Shown here: positions 18,087-27,363 of the stretch, piece by piece
Numbering within the stretch: position 1 is the stretch's first letter
Layout: every line of letters begins with the position of its first letter
Virus record (IMG/VR): IMGVR_UViG_3300038976_000011
Location: 1 to 62,227 of that record
Source of the DNA: a virus
Taxonomy: Duplodnaviria > Caudoviricetes
Reading direction: 5' to 3' (one strand)
DNA length: 62,227 nt
The notes under the pieces: generated by a model
Database searches by the model: none
Told to the model about the DNA's origin: nothing
Seen by the model: only the letters and a program-made list of their open reading frames with translations
Position numbers and translations under genes: made by a program

Positions 18087-18265
18087 CGAAGATACACGAG
18101 GTGACCTGGCGGAAGTCGACGTTCTCGGCGCAGGACACCGAGGCGTGTGTGGAGCTCGGGAACCGTGGCTGGGTGCGTGATTCCAAGAACCCTGCTGGCC
18201 CGGTGCTGGCGTTGCCGTGGTCGTCTTTGCTGGCGGCGGTGAAGACGGACCGTATCGCCCGCTGA
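18083..18265 (+). CDS. DUF397 protein
   Basis: WRKSTFS...CVEL...VRDSKNPAGPVL. Confidence 0.92.
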   Translation: MTKIHEVTWRKSTFSAQDTEACVELGNRGWVRDSKNPAGPVLALPWSSLLAAVKTDRIAR

Positions 18266-18325
18266 TCCGGCAGGCATGAGTTGGCCCCGGCGCTCCGATG
18301 GGGGAGGCCGGGGCCAACCTCTGTC

Positions 18326-18526
18326 TCAGGCCGGACCGTCGATCACGGACGCTGTGCGTTCGAAGTCCCGCAGCGACTGGCAGGGCCACGGCTCCAAGCA
18401 CGTCTCGCACTCCGAGCCGTCCCCGCTGTCGCGCGGCTGGTGGAGCCGGTACATCACTCGGGTGAGGCTGGCTACCGCCGCGCTCACATCCACCTTGATC
18501 GTGAACCGCAGGCCGTCTGTGCTCAT
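18326..18526 (-). CDS. Small Cys-rich hypothetical protein
   Basis: LHQP...CETCLEPWPC. Confidence 0.55.
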   Translation of the reverse strand: MSTDGLRFTIKVDVSAAVASLTRVMYRLHQPRDSGDGSECETCLEPWPCQSLRDFERTASVIDGPA

Positions 18527-18759
18527 GGGGTATCCACCTCGACTCGTATCGGTGAAGGCGTGGCGGCGACACATGCTGGACAGAAGTCGCCTTGCCCGTC
18601 AGCGCCCGGCTTCCATCCCTCCGGCAGCACGCCATCGGGCATGGCCTCAACGTTCCGGCAGCCGTCGCACTGTACAGCGGCCACCGTCACCTGGATGCGG
18701 CGCCAGAGACGCAGGCCAAGCCGGCGAGCCGTGCCCTGTTTGAGCGGCGTGTCAGCCAT
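18523..18759 (-). CDS. Zinc-ribbon hypothetical protein
   Basis: CDGC...GW...FCPAC. Confidence 0.55.
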   Translation of the reverse strand: MADTPLKQGTARRLGLRLWRRIQVTVAAVQCDGCRNVEAMPDGVLPEGWKPGADGQGDFCPACVAATPSPIRVEVDTP

Positions 18760-19093
18760 GGGTATCCACCCCCGAACACAAGACCGCCTTGGCGAGGTCC
18801 AGGGCCGGCGCGAACCGGTCCGCCAACGCCGCCTTGAACTGTACCGCGTTGAGCGTCATGCCCGAGACGGTGACGTCGTGAGCGGCTGCCCGCAGAAGCG
18901 CTTCGAGCCCTGGGGCTGCGGCTGGGGACAGAGCAGCGATCCACCGGCGCGCGTGCTCTGGGCACTGTCGGTCCAGGCTCCAGTACAACCACGACTCGTG
19001 GCGCTTCTCCCAGTCGCCCTCACCTGCGTGGTAGTGGGCTGCTAGGTCTCGGATGCGGTCAGCCGCCGCAACCAACGTCTCGACCGGGGTCAC
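18752..19093 (-). CDS. Hypothetical protein
   Basis: Coupled ORF; AADRIR...WIAALSP. Confidence 0.55.
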   Translation of the reverse strand: MTPVETLVAAADRIRDLAAHYHAGEGDWEKRHESWLYWSLDRQCPEHARRWIAALSPAAAPGLEALLRAAAHDVTVSGMTLNAVQFKAALADRFAPALDLAKAVLCSGVDTHG

Positions 19094-19476
19094 GGCCCGG
19101 CCTCGATCGCGGCGACAGGGAGCCACGCCAGGCCGGGGCTACCCGCATACGGGGACTTGTCGGTCGGAGTCAGGTACTCGCTGTCGGACGGCAACCACAC
19201 GTGGTACCCGTCGTCGCGTCTCTCGATCCGCATGGTGTTCGTCCCTCCCTGGAAGTCGATCGGTGCTTTCGTCGGCAGCCACGCGGCACCGTCCAGGTCG
19301 ACCCACACCACCCAGGGCAGCGTGTACTTGGACTCGCCGACCCGCATCGACTCGATCGTCCGCGTGTACTTCGGCGGGTCAGAGGTGGGTGGCGTCGTGT
19401 CCGGTGTCGGCGTTGAGCAGCCGCCGATCGCGGCGGCCAGCGTCGCGGCCAGCATGATGAGTCGTAGGGTCTTCAT
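19090..19476 (-). CDS. Putative lipoprotein
   Basis: Signal peptide MKTLRLIMLAATLAAAIGG-C followed by a Pro/Thr linker. Confidence 0.7.
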   Translation of the reverse strand: MKTLRLIMLAATLAAAIGGCSTPTPDTTPPTSDPPKYTRTIESMRVGESKYTLPWVVWVDLDGAAWLPTKAPIDFQGGTNTMRIERRDDGYHVWLPSDSEYLTPTDKSPYAGSPGLAWLPVAAIEAGP

Positions 19477-20504
19477 GGCAGTACCACCGTTCCGTTCCAG
19501 AGCTGCGAGGTCACGCCACCAGCCTGCTCCATCCCCACCACAACCCGCACCTGCTTCGGGTCGGCGACCGAAGGCACCATCGACGCGTACGTCATCATCC
19601 CGCCCGCCGGCGCCGCCAACACCACACCGCCCGGCACCCACGTCACCCCGTTGTCCACGCTCGTGGCCATCACCGCGGACCCGGTCGACGCCTCCCGATA
19701 CACCGTGAGCAGGGTGCCCCCCGACGCGATCACCGTTGGTCGGCCGGTCGCGTTGTCCAGGATCTTGCGGGGCTGTTCCGGCCACGACACCCCCGAATCC
19801 GGGGACGAGCGGATACCGATCGCGTTGTCACCCCACCTGAACAGCATGTGCGTCCAGGACCCGTTGACCACCAGGTACGGCTCCGCTGTCGACATACCCG
19901 CACCCAGGAAGTTGACGATACGGTTCTGCGTCCAGGACCAGGCGCCGTCGCTTGACCACCCCATCCACGCCGTCCAGACAGCTTCACCTGCCTGTTTGCC
20001 GTAGAACGCGACCGCCATGCGCCCGTCCGGGAGCTGTGTCACCGGCCCGGAGATCGCCGCCTGCTGGAGGGTGTCGATCCGGCGGGAGAACTCCCACCAC
20101 TCCCGCTGCACCGCGACACCCATCGCCGGGTTGGTGCTGTTCGCACCGAACCACGTCATGTAGTTGATGCCGCCGATCGATGACGTAGAGGGGTCGCGGT
20201 ACAGGTTGACCTTCACTGTCTGGGTGTTGCCCCAGGTGACACCGTCGTCGTAGGACTCGGCGGTCATCACCCGCCCGTCGGTGGCGAGGTGGGTGGAGCC
20301 TTGCCGCCACGTCAGCAGCAGCGTCCCGCCCGGCTCCCTCGCCAGCGACGGGAACGCTGAGTGGGCGGCTTGGCCTACGGTCATGGGTTGCATGGGTGTC
20401 TCCAGACGCGGTCTGGCCGCGGTTCGGGCCACCACGGTTGCGGGGGCGGCGGCGGTGCACGCGGCGACAGCAGCGGCGAGCACCGCGCAAAGTAACCGTC
20501 TCAC
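19473..20504 (-). CDS. BNR/Asp-box (sialidase-fold) putative lipoprotein
   Basis: Asp boxes SYDDGVTW, SSDGAWSW, SPDSGVSW, SVDNGVTW; signal peptide with AVAA-C. Confidence 0.8.
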   Translation of the reverse strand: MRRLLCAVLAAAVAACTAAAPATVVARTAARPRLETPMQPMTVGQAAHSAFPSLAREPGGTLLLTWRQGSTHLATDGRVMTAESYDDGVTWGNTQTVKVNLYRDPSTSSIGGINYMTWFGANSTNPAMGVAVQREWWEFSRRIDTLQQAAISGPVTQLPDGRMAVAFYGKQAGEAVWTAWMGWSSDGAWSWTQNRIVNFLGAGMSTAEPYLVVNGSWTHMLFRWGDNAIGIRSSPDSGVSWPEQPRKILDNATGRPTVIASGGTLLTVYREASTGSAVMATSVDNGVTWVPGGVVLAAPAGGMMTYASMVPSVADPKQVRVVVGMEQAGGVTSQLWNGTVVLP

Positions 20505-20893
20505 GGGGTCGGCTCCTCTACACCCAGACCACGAGCCAACACCCGCAGCGTCTCTTCCATGGCCTTCACGTACCCGTTGTTGCCCGAGTACTCCGGGTGG
20601 CAGGACTGCGTGAACAGCGCGCCGGTGTACAGGCTGATGATGTCTCGGTGTGCCCGACACAACCGAAGGGCCGGGGTCGGGTGCTGCTCCATCATGTGAC
20701 GGTCAGCTTCCCGGTTGGTGGACTCTTCCGCGCCTTCGGTTGCCCAACTGTCACACAGGTGACACTCGGCTCTCACCTCTTCGCTGTCGCCGGTCGTCGT
20801 CCAACCGGTGTAGCCGTCGATGAGTACGTTCAGTTCCTCACGCTCGACCTGTGCGATCTTGGCTAGGAGAGCAGACACCACGGTGTCAGACAT
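20501..20893 (-). CDS. DUF6221-like protein
   Basis: Shares the HPxxxLRxCxAxRxI and LRVLA pattern with the 43546 and 44145 genes. Confidence 0.5.
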   Translation of the reverse strand: MSDTVVSALLAKIAQVEREELNVLIDGYTGWTTTGDSEEVRAECHLCDSWATEGAEESTNREADRHMMEQHPTPALRLCRAHRDIISLYTGALFTQSCHPEYSGNNGYVKAMEETLRVLARGLGVEEPTP

Positions 20894-21290
20894 GACGGGC
20901 CTCCTGCGGCTTCCGTTGGATCACTGGACGGTCCACATGCAGGTGCTCCACCACCGTCGACCAGCCCCCCGCCGAAGCGCGCCGCGCCACCTCGGCGGCG
21001 ATCACCACAGACCGGTGCCGGCCCCCGACACACCCCACCGCCACCGACACCGGACCGGTCCCCGTCGCGAGAAGAGCCGACGCCACCTTCCACAACGCCG
21101 CGATATACCTGTCCACGCCGTCGGTGCCGAGAACCTTGTCCACCACCGCCTGGTCACGCCCCGTCATCCCACGCAACTGCGGGTCGATGTGCGGGTCACG
21201 GAACCGCATCCGCACATCAACCACCACATCAGCGGTCGGCAGCAGCTCACCATGCCCGTACCTGAACGAGTACACCAACAGGTCAGGCAT
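20886..21290 (-). CDS. RapZ C-terminal-domain-like protein (stand-alone)
   Basis: SFRYGHG...DVR..FRDP...LRGMTG...VAVGCVGGRHRSV. Confidence 0.85.
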   Translation of the reverse strand: MPDLLVYSFRYGHGELLPTADVVVDVRMRFRDPHIDPQLRGMTGRDQAVVDKVLGTDGVDRYIAALWKVASALLATGTGPVSVAVGCVGGRHRSVVIAAEVARRASAGGWSTVVEHLHVDRPVIQRKPQEARHV

Positions 21291-21669
21291 GACGTCCCTC
21301 CGTCCGCTTCTGCTGCGCGGTCCACGGCATGACCAAGCCGTCGTTCTCGCGGCGAGGCACGATGTGCCAGTGCAGATGAAACTCTGTCTGGTCAGCCCAC
21401 GGACCACAGTTCGTGATCAAATGGAAGTCGCTGATGTAGGTGAGGGTGGCCAGCTCAGCGGCCCGCGCCGCCACCATCCCCGTCACCGCGTAATCCTCGG
21501 ACGCATCCGCCACATGCCGGATCGGCACCACCAACAGGTGACCCTCGGTGCAGTCCCGACACCCCCACTCATCGACGAAGGGCAGGAACGCGACCGCGTC
21601 CCCCCACCGCCACACCACCTGCGCGGGCTCGGTACCTGCGACGATCCCACAGAACGTGCAGTCATTCAT
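21283..21669 (-). CDS. HIT-family nucleotide hydrolase
   Basis: CTFC, GHLLVVP and HLHWH triad. Confidence 0.92.
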   Translation of the reverse strand: MNDCTFCGIVAGTEPAQVVWRWGDAVAFLPFVDEWGCRDCTEGHLLVVPIRHVADASEDYAVTGMVAARAAELATLTYISDFHLITNCGPWADQTEFHLHWHIVPRRENDGLVMPWTAQQKRTEGRHA

Positions 21670-21916
21670 GGCGGGCACCCCCACCAGCAACCCCAGATGA
21701 CTGGTTGGCCTGTTGGCGCGCGTCGGCGACGGCCGCAAGCATGGCCAGCGCGACGGCCTCAGCCTCACCGTCGCGCCAGACCTGTCCGTTCAGCCGGATG
21801 TAGGGCCAGCCAGCTTTGTCCACCTCAGCGACGATCTCGACGCCAGCGTTCACGGCGGCGTCGAGCCACCGCCGGGCTTCGGCCTCCACCGTGTCCTGCT
21901 CGTTGCTGATGTTCAC
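21662..21916 (-). CDS. Hypothetical protein
   Basis: Coupled ORF. Confidence 0.5.
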   Translation of the reverse strand: MNISNEQDTVEAEARRWLDAAVNAGVEIVAEVDKAGWPYIRLNGQVWRDGEAEAVALAMLAAVADARQQANQSSGVAGGGARHE

Positions 21917-22257
21917 CGGTTCGCTCCCTGCTCTGTCGGTGCCCATATCCAATCCCCACCCACTTCGAGCGCCCGATACACACCCGGCTCCACCGGCGGC
22001 CTATCCAAGCCTTCGACATACTCGGGCAGCGTGCAGCCGTGGGTGGCGGTGTCGACCCGCTCCCGCAGCGGGTGAGTCACGGTGAACGAGGTCTCCGTGA
22101 ACGTCACCAGGTGTTCGGTTTCCTGGTCCATGAGGATCTGGGACACCGCGAACGGTGACGGGCAGGTCAGCTTTTTGCAGGCGATGTGCCCGTCGCACAT
22201 GAGGGTGAGGGTGGTGCCGCAGCCCATCGGGCAGAAGCCTGCGACGTCGACGGTCAC
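21913..22257 (-). CDS. Cys-rich hypothetical protein
   Basis: GFCPMGCG...HPLRER...PGVYRA. Confidence 0.6.
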   Translation of the reverse strand: MTVDVAGFCPMGCGTTLTLMCDGHIACKKLTCPSPFAVSQILMDQETEHLVTFTETSFTVTHPLRERVDTATHGCTLPEYVEGLDRPPVEPGVYRALEVGGDWIWAPTEQGANR

Positions 22258-22582
22258 GGGGTCTCCTCCCCACGCAACACAGAAGCCCGAGCCCGGCCGC
22301 TCACGGCCGCCACTTGGCCTCCCGTCTCCCGCACCGGCCGCACGTCACGATCGCCCCGTACCGCAGGCCCGTCACAGTCCTGACCCGATGCCCGGTCAGG
22401 GAGCAGCGCAGACGCCGCCACAGCGTTCTCACCGCCGGTCGCCCCTCTCGGATGGTTGCACTGGTCGCAGCACCGCACGTCCTCCTCGCCCTCGTCAGCG
22501 AACCCGCAGTCGGCGCGCCTCATGCGGCAACTGCGACAGTTCGTGCCGTCCCGCACCGCAGGCAGTTCGATGTAGCCGTACA

Positions 22583-22828
22583 TCACTGACCCCCAGACTC
22601 GTCGATCACCGTGAGCAGGTCGGCGACCAGGTTCGGCAACTCCTGTCCGACGCGCAGACACTCCTTCGTCGCGAACGGCGACATCCCCGTGTAGTTGCCC
22701 GGGTCCACGACCGTGCCGACGAACGAGCCGCGCCCCGAGCCACCGTCACCTTCGGTCACTCGCGCGGTGAACCACTGGCCGCGTTCGTGCTCCCAGCGGA
22801 CCAGCTTCCCGATCATGTCGCCGTTCAT
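22583..22828 (-). CDS. Hypothetical protein
   Basis: ATGA-coupled ORF. Confidence 0.5.
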   Translation of the reverse strand: MNGDMIGKLVRWEHERGQWFTARVTEGDGGSGRGSFVGTVVDPGNYTGMSPFATKECLRVGQELPNLVADLLTVIDESGGQ

Positions 22829-23031
22829 CGGGACACCTGCTCATCACGGTCATCGACATCCGACGCGACGACCGCCCGCGGCTTCTCGCCGCTACCCGAA
22901 CAGTTCGAGGGCGGACACACGCCCGGCGCGCCGTGCGCCCGCACGGTGCCGTCCTTCTTCAGGTTGAACAGGCGCACGCACACGTGGCAGATGCCTCGCC
23001 CGTACGGTGCCGTGTTCGCGAAGTCGCTCAT
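22825..23031 (-). CDS. Small zinc-binding protein
   Basis: CHVC...DGTVRAH...CSGSG; coupled to padR. Confidence 0.55.
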   Translation of the reverse strand: MSDFANTAPYGRGICHVCVRLFNLKKDGTVRAHGAPGVCPPSNCSGSGEKPRAVVASDVDDRDEQVSR

Positions 23032-23324
23032 GGTCGCTTCCTCTCTGACAGCAGCTGCTGCACGTACCCCCGACGCTCTTCCCGCAGCCGATACACCCGC
23101 CGCGGTGGGGCACCGGCACCCGTCGTCGGCTCCCACTCGTCGTCCACGATCCGCAGCTCCCGAAGTCGTTCCAAGATGCGGTACACGGTGCCCCGGCCGT
23201 AGCCGGCGAGCCGGGCGATCTCGTATCCGTGGAGCTCCATGGATGCCTTGTTCAGCACCTCCAGCACGTCACACAGTTGCGGTGTGAGGGTGGGGCGTGG
23301 TGGGTCCTCGCTTGCTTCGGTCAT
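23028..23324 (-). CDS. PadR-family winged-helix regulator
   Basis: LHGYEIA...GTVYRILERL...W...PPRRVYRL. Confidence 0.88.
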   Translation of the reverse strand: MTEASEDPPRPTLTPQLCDVLEVLNKASMELHGYEIARLAGYGRGTVYRILERLRELRIVDDEWEPTTGAGAPPRRVYRLREERRGYVQQLLSERKRP

Positions 23325-23450
23325 GCCACAACCCTACCGCACCTAGATGCATTCACACATAGATGTGACCTGACTGTGACCCTGAGTCGGTGTGCCCACT
23401 GCCACGGCTTGCCCTCGTACAACACCCGACAGCGGTGATACCGTGCGCGC

Positions 23451-24935
23451 ATGACCGACACCCCCACACTGCGCGAATTCCTACGAGTATCCAAGGACCA
23501 CTCCGGGAGAGAGAAGTCCCCCGACCAGCAGCACGACGACCACACCCGCGACGCCGACACCCAAGGCTTCCAACTCCACCCCGACCCCTACCGGGAAGTA
23601 GGAGCCGCCAGCCGGCAGAGCCGCCGGGTCCGCGACGTCTTCAACCAACTCATCGCCGACCTCCAAGCCGACACGTTCGGCGCCGACGGGCTCTGCCTGT
23701 GGGAAGGCTCCCGCGGAAGCCGACGCGTGTCCGAGTGGGCGCTGCTCCTCGACCTCCTCGCCGAACGCCGGAAGCTGGTGTGGGTCCACACCCACGCCCG
23801 CCTCTACGACGCCCGCAACCACCGCGACCGCAGAACCCTTCTCGAGGAGGCCGTCGACGCCGAGTACGAGACCGGCAAAGCATCCGACCGTCTACGGCGA
23901 GACGCCGCCGACCGGGCCGCCAAAGGCCGACCAGGCGGACGCTTGTCGTGGGGATACCGCTCCGTCTACGACCCCAACACCGGCAGGCTTCTCCGTCGGG
24001 AACCCGACACCGGCACGGGACGACCAGCGTTGGTACTCGAGCTGTTCAAGCGGTTCACGTCCGGTGTACCGCTGTCCCGGCTCGAAGCCGACTGGGCGTT
24101 GCGTGGCATCGTCAACGGGCGAGGCAACGCGTTCACCGCCGTGCAGCTGCGCGACATGCTCCGCAACCGCACCTACATCGGGGAGCGGGTCCACGTCGCC
24201 GGTCAGGAAACCCGCTGGTGGAAGGCACGCGACGCCGCGGTCATCACCCCCGGCCAGTGGAAACCGATCGTGCCACGGGAGTTGTTCTTCGCCGCGCAGG
24301 CGATCCTCGACGACCCCGCCAGGGTCACCACCAAACCCGGTGGGGCACGGCACCTGCTGTCGATGATCGCCGTCTGTGACCCGTGCGGGTCGGTCCTCGA
24401 CGCCAGCCTCCTGCGGGGCGAGGCCGTCTACCGGTGCCGCGAGAAGGGCTGCGTGCTGGTCCCCAAAGCAGACCTGGACAAGCTGGCGATGGCACGCATC
24501 TTTGACTACCTGTCCTCCGAGTCCGTCTACCTGGGGCTACAGCAGGCGGGGGAGGGCGTGGCAGAGCAGGTCGCTGCACTGGATGCACAGATCGCCGAGG
24601 CGCGGGCCGAGCTCGCCAACCTGAAGTCGAAGGTGTCGACGGGCGCCCTGTCGATCGACTTCGCGGCCGGTGTCGAACCAGGGATGCGTGCCCAACTCGC
24701 CGACCTCACCCGCAGGCGGGAGGAGCTGGCGGTGCCGTCCGAGCTGCACGGCTTGGTAGGGCCACGCGACGACGTGAAACTGCGGTTGGCGGGAATCACG
24801 GAGGTGGCGCGACTGCGGCGCATCGCCGCCCTCGTGCTCACCCGCCCGATGGCTGGGGAACTGCGTGTACTGCGCTCCCCCAGCCGGGGACATCGGGTAC
24901 CCGCCAAGGACCGGGTCCGGTTCCGGGTCGCCTAG
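23451..24935 (+). CDS. int: Large serine recombinase (integrase)
   Basis: LRVS catalytic motif, SRGSR, recombinase domain (NRTYIG), CDPC/YRC zinc ribbon, coiled coil. Confidence 0.92.
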   Translation: MTDTPTLREFLRVSKDHSGREKSPDQQHDDHTRDADTQGFQLHPDPYREVGAASRQSRRVRDVFNQLIADLQADTFGADGLCLWEGSRGSRRVSEWALLLDLLAERRKLVWVHTHARLYDARNHRDRRTLLEEAVDAEYETGKASDRLRRDAADRAAKGRPGGRLSWGYRSVYDPNTGRLLRREPDTGTGRPALVLELFKRFTSGVPLSRLEADWALRGIVNGRGNAFTAVQLRDMLRNRTYIGERVHVAGQETRWWKARDAAVITPGQWKPIVPRELFFAAQAILDDPARVTTKPGGARHLLSMIAVCDPCGSVLDASLLRGEAVYRCREKGCVLVPKADLDKLAMARIFDYLSSESVYLGLQQAGEGVAEQVAALDAQIAEARAELANLKSKVSTGALSIDFAAGVEPGMRAQLADLTRRREELAVPSELHGLVGPRDDVKLRLAGITEVARLRRIAALVLTRPMAGELRVLRSPSRGHRVPAKDRVRFRVA

Positions 24936-25252
24936 TCCAGGTCGACGTCGGCCGTCTCGAGCGTCGCACCGCGCTGCACCGGCATCACCAGCGGGAGGTG
25001 GGTGTCGACCCAAGCGGCCGCCATCCGCCGACACACACGCCGGTTCCGCTCCGCGCGGGCACGACCAGCAGCGAGCAGCCCCACCACCGCCCCCACACCG
25101 GCCGACAACCCCTTCCAAGTTCCGATCATGACGTGGCTCCCCTCGGACGACGCGTGAGTATGTCCGTATCTACCTGATACCTGACGGGGACCAGCTGGTT
25201 ACGGGTGCCTACCGGTTCGTTATCGAGTCTCCCCCTTGGCGGGGACCACCGC

Positions 25253-25780
25253 TCACTGAGGGTCGAGCGGCCCGTCATCCTCCGTGATCGATTTGCCGGC
25301 GGTGTTGGCCCTGGCCTGCAACTCGGCGTCAACATCAGCGAGGAACTGCCGCAGATGACGCGGCGTCATGGCCATCCGGTGTTTCCGGAAGAGAGACCGG
25401 AACCCCTCGAAGATCAGCTCCGCGTCTGGGCTGATGTCCGCTGCGGTGGCGCTGCCCTGGTTCGCAGGCTGTCTGCCGTCGGTCGACGGCTCTGGTGGCG
25501 TGCCGTCGGTGACGGCGGCTTCGATGGACCCACGTGGCCAATGCAGCGCTGTCTCCAGTCCCTCGGCCGCGCTCCAGGAGATGCTGATCCGGTTCTTGCG
25601 GATGCGCAGCAGATTCTCCTCGGTCATGCCGGCAGAGCGGGCGAGTTGCGCCCACGTGCGGCGTAGTTGCCGACGTCGTTTATCGATGAGTTGGTCGAGG
25701 GTGGCGCGACTATCAGCGGAACCTTCGATGCCTTTCACGTCTCTCTCCCCAGCTGTGATCAGGCCGTATGTCGTCGGCAT
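25253..25780 (-). CDS. Immunity repressor (HTH); start uncertain
   Basis: RRRQLRRTWAQLARSAGM...LETALHWPRGSI; divergent from the Cro-like gene. Confidence 0.75.
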   Translation of the reverse strand: MPTTYGLITAGERDVKGIEGSADSRATLDQLIDKRRRQLRRTWAQLARSAGMTEENLLRIRKNRISISWSAAEGLETALHWPRGSIEAAVTDGTPPEPSTDGRQPANQGSATAADISPDAELIFEGFRSLFRKHRMAMTPRHLRQFLADVDAELQARANTAGKSITEDDGPLDPQ

Positions 25781-25919
25781 GTCGCATGCACGCCGCCGAT
25801 ATTAGAGCACATGCGAAGCCACGTGGCTACTCCCTGTTGCGTGACAAGATCGTGACCACAAGATCGGGCTGCGTCGTAGACATGTCGCCCACATGCCGCC
25901 TACTGTTGCCGACATGCCA
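25768..25919. promoter_or_regulatory. Genetic-switch region with repeated RCATGYCG-like operator candidates
   Basis: GGCATGTCG, CACATGCGA, GACATGTCG, CACATGCCG, GACATGCCA, plus ACAAGATCG twice. Confidence 0.5.
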
Positions 25920-26162
25920 CCACCGATCACCCTCCCGTTCAAGGGAGCCAAGCTCCGCGCGATGCGCGAACTGCGTGGCCTGGAGCAGCGGCAACTGGCC
26001 GATCTCCTCGGCATCGCGCAGTGGAACCTCTCGAAGTACGAGAACAAGAAGCGCAAGCCGTCCGTCGAGATGTTCACCCGCTTCGTCGAGGTACTCGGCT
26101 GCACACCTGAGGACCTTCTCGACTACGAAGACCCGGACTACCCCGTGGGGGTGGCGGCATGA
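25914..26162 (+). CDS. Cro-like Xre HTH protein
   Basis: LRAMRELRGLEQRQLADLLGI...LSKYENKKRKPS. Confidence 0.85.
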   Translation: MPPPITLPFKGAKLRAMRELRGLEQRQLADLLGIAQWNLSKYENKKRKPSVEMFTRFVEVLGCTPEDLLDYEDPDYPVGVAA

Positions 26163-27117
26163 GCGAGCCCCCCTTCCGGGACCTGCGGGTCGATGACCCG
26201 ATCGTGTTCCCGGCCCCGACTCCCGAGGTGATGGCGGAGTTGCGGCGTCTGTTGCCGCCCGTGCCGCCGGTGGTTGTGGAGCGTGCGGCGTGAGCCCGCC
26301 GGTTGGGTCGGAGGAGTGGCAGGCGGAGTTGAACCGTCAGATCGCCGAGCACGACCGCCAGCAGCAGGAGTCGGGGAACGAGAACCAGACGTTCGAGACC
26401 GGAGGCGGACAGTGACGGGCGAGGAGTGGGACACCCACTGGTGGCGGGTCTACCAGGACGCGCGTGTCACCGAGGGTGTTGACACGTCATGCGAGATCGC
26501 GGACGACGAGACGCACGCACAGTTCGGTCCGCGGCCTGAGGCCGTCGACACCAAGACCTGATGGGCGCGGCCCGAGGCGGGGGGAGCCACCGTCGGGCCA
26601 CTTGCCACCTATCGAACCAAATGGAGAGGGAGAGTTCGAAGATGACCAGCCGATACCTTACCCCGGAAGAGTGGGCGACGATCATCGTCTGCGGTGTCCT
26701 TGCCCTGATGGTGTTAAGCGCGATCGTGTCCGCTGTCGTGAAGCGGGGTGGACGCCGTGGATGACCGCGACCTGATTGCCCAGTTCCAGCAACTGCGGGC
26801 TGACGTGGCCGCTGAGCCGTTCGCCCACGAGGACAACGCGGCTGCCGCTCTGGCCGTGTGTGATCGGCAGCGTGCGTCGTGATGCCCCCCCACAGGGTCC
26901 GGGACGCGGTGTGGACCGTGCTGTCCAAGTCGAGTGAGCCAGCGAGCGTGCGTGACCTGACGACCGCCGTCTACTACTTCCTCGACGACGAGCGGGTCGG
27001 CTACACCAACGTGGCGCATGCGCTAGGCGAACTGGCCCGGGACTTCCTGGTTGAGCGGTTGGCCGACGGCACGTGGCAGGCAGTCTTGCCCGTGACGACC
27101 TCGCCGGCGGTGGGCAG

Positions 27118-27363
27118 ATGACCGGCCCCAGCGATGCGGCGGACCTGGCCGCGATCCTCGCCGACGACCTGCAAATGGACGAACTACGCAAGGACGTCGA
27201 GACCCACCGGCAAGCCATCGTGGACCGGCATGGCATGGATGGTGTCGGGCCGGTGATGTTGGCGTTGGCGCGGATCTCTGGGCTGTCGGCGCAACTGTCT
27301 GGGGTGACGGAGCAGATGGCGATCGAGGTCCGGTTCATCCGCCGCTACTTCGGGGACGTGTGA
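27118..27363 (+). CDS. Hypothetical protein
   Basis: ATGA-coupled early gene. Confidence 0.5.
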   Translation: MTGPSDAADLAAILADDLQMDELRKDVETHRQAIVDRHGMDGVGPVMLALARISGLSAQLSGVTEQMAIEVRFIRRYFGDV

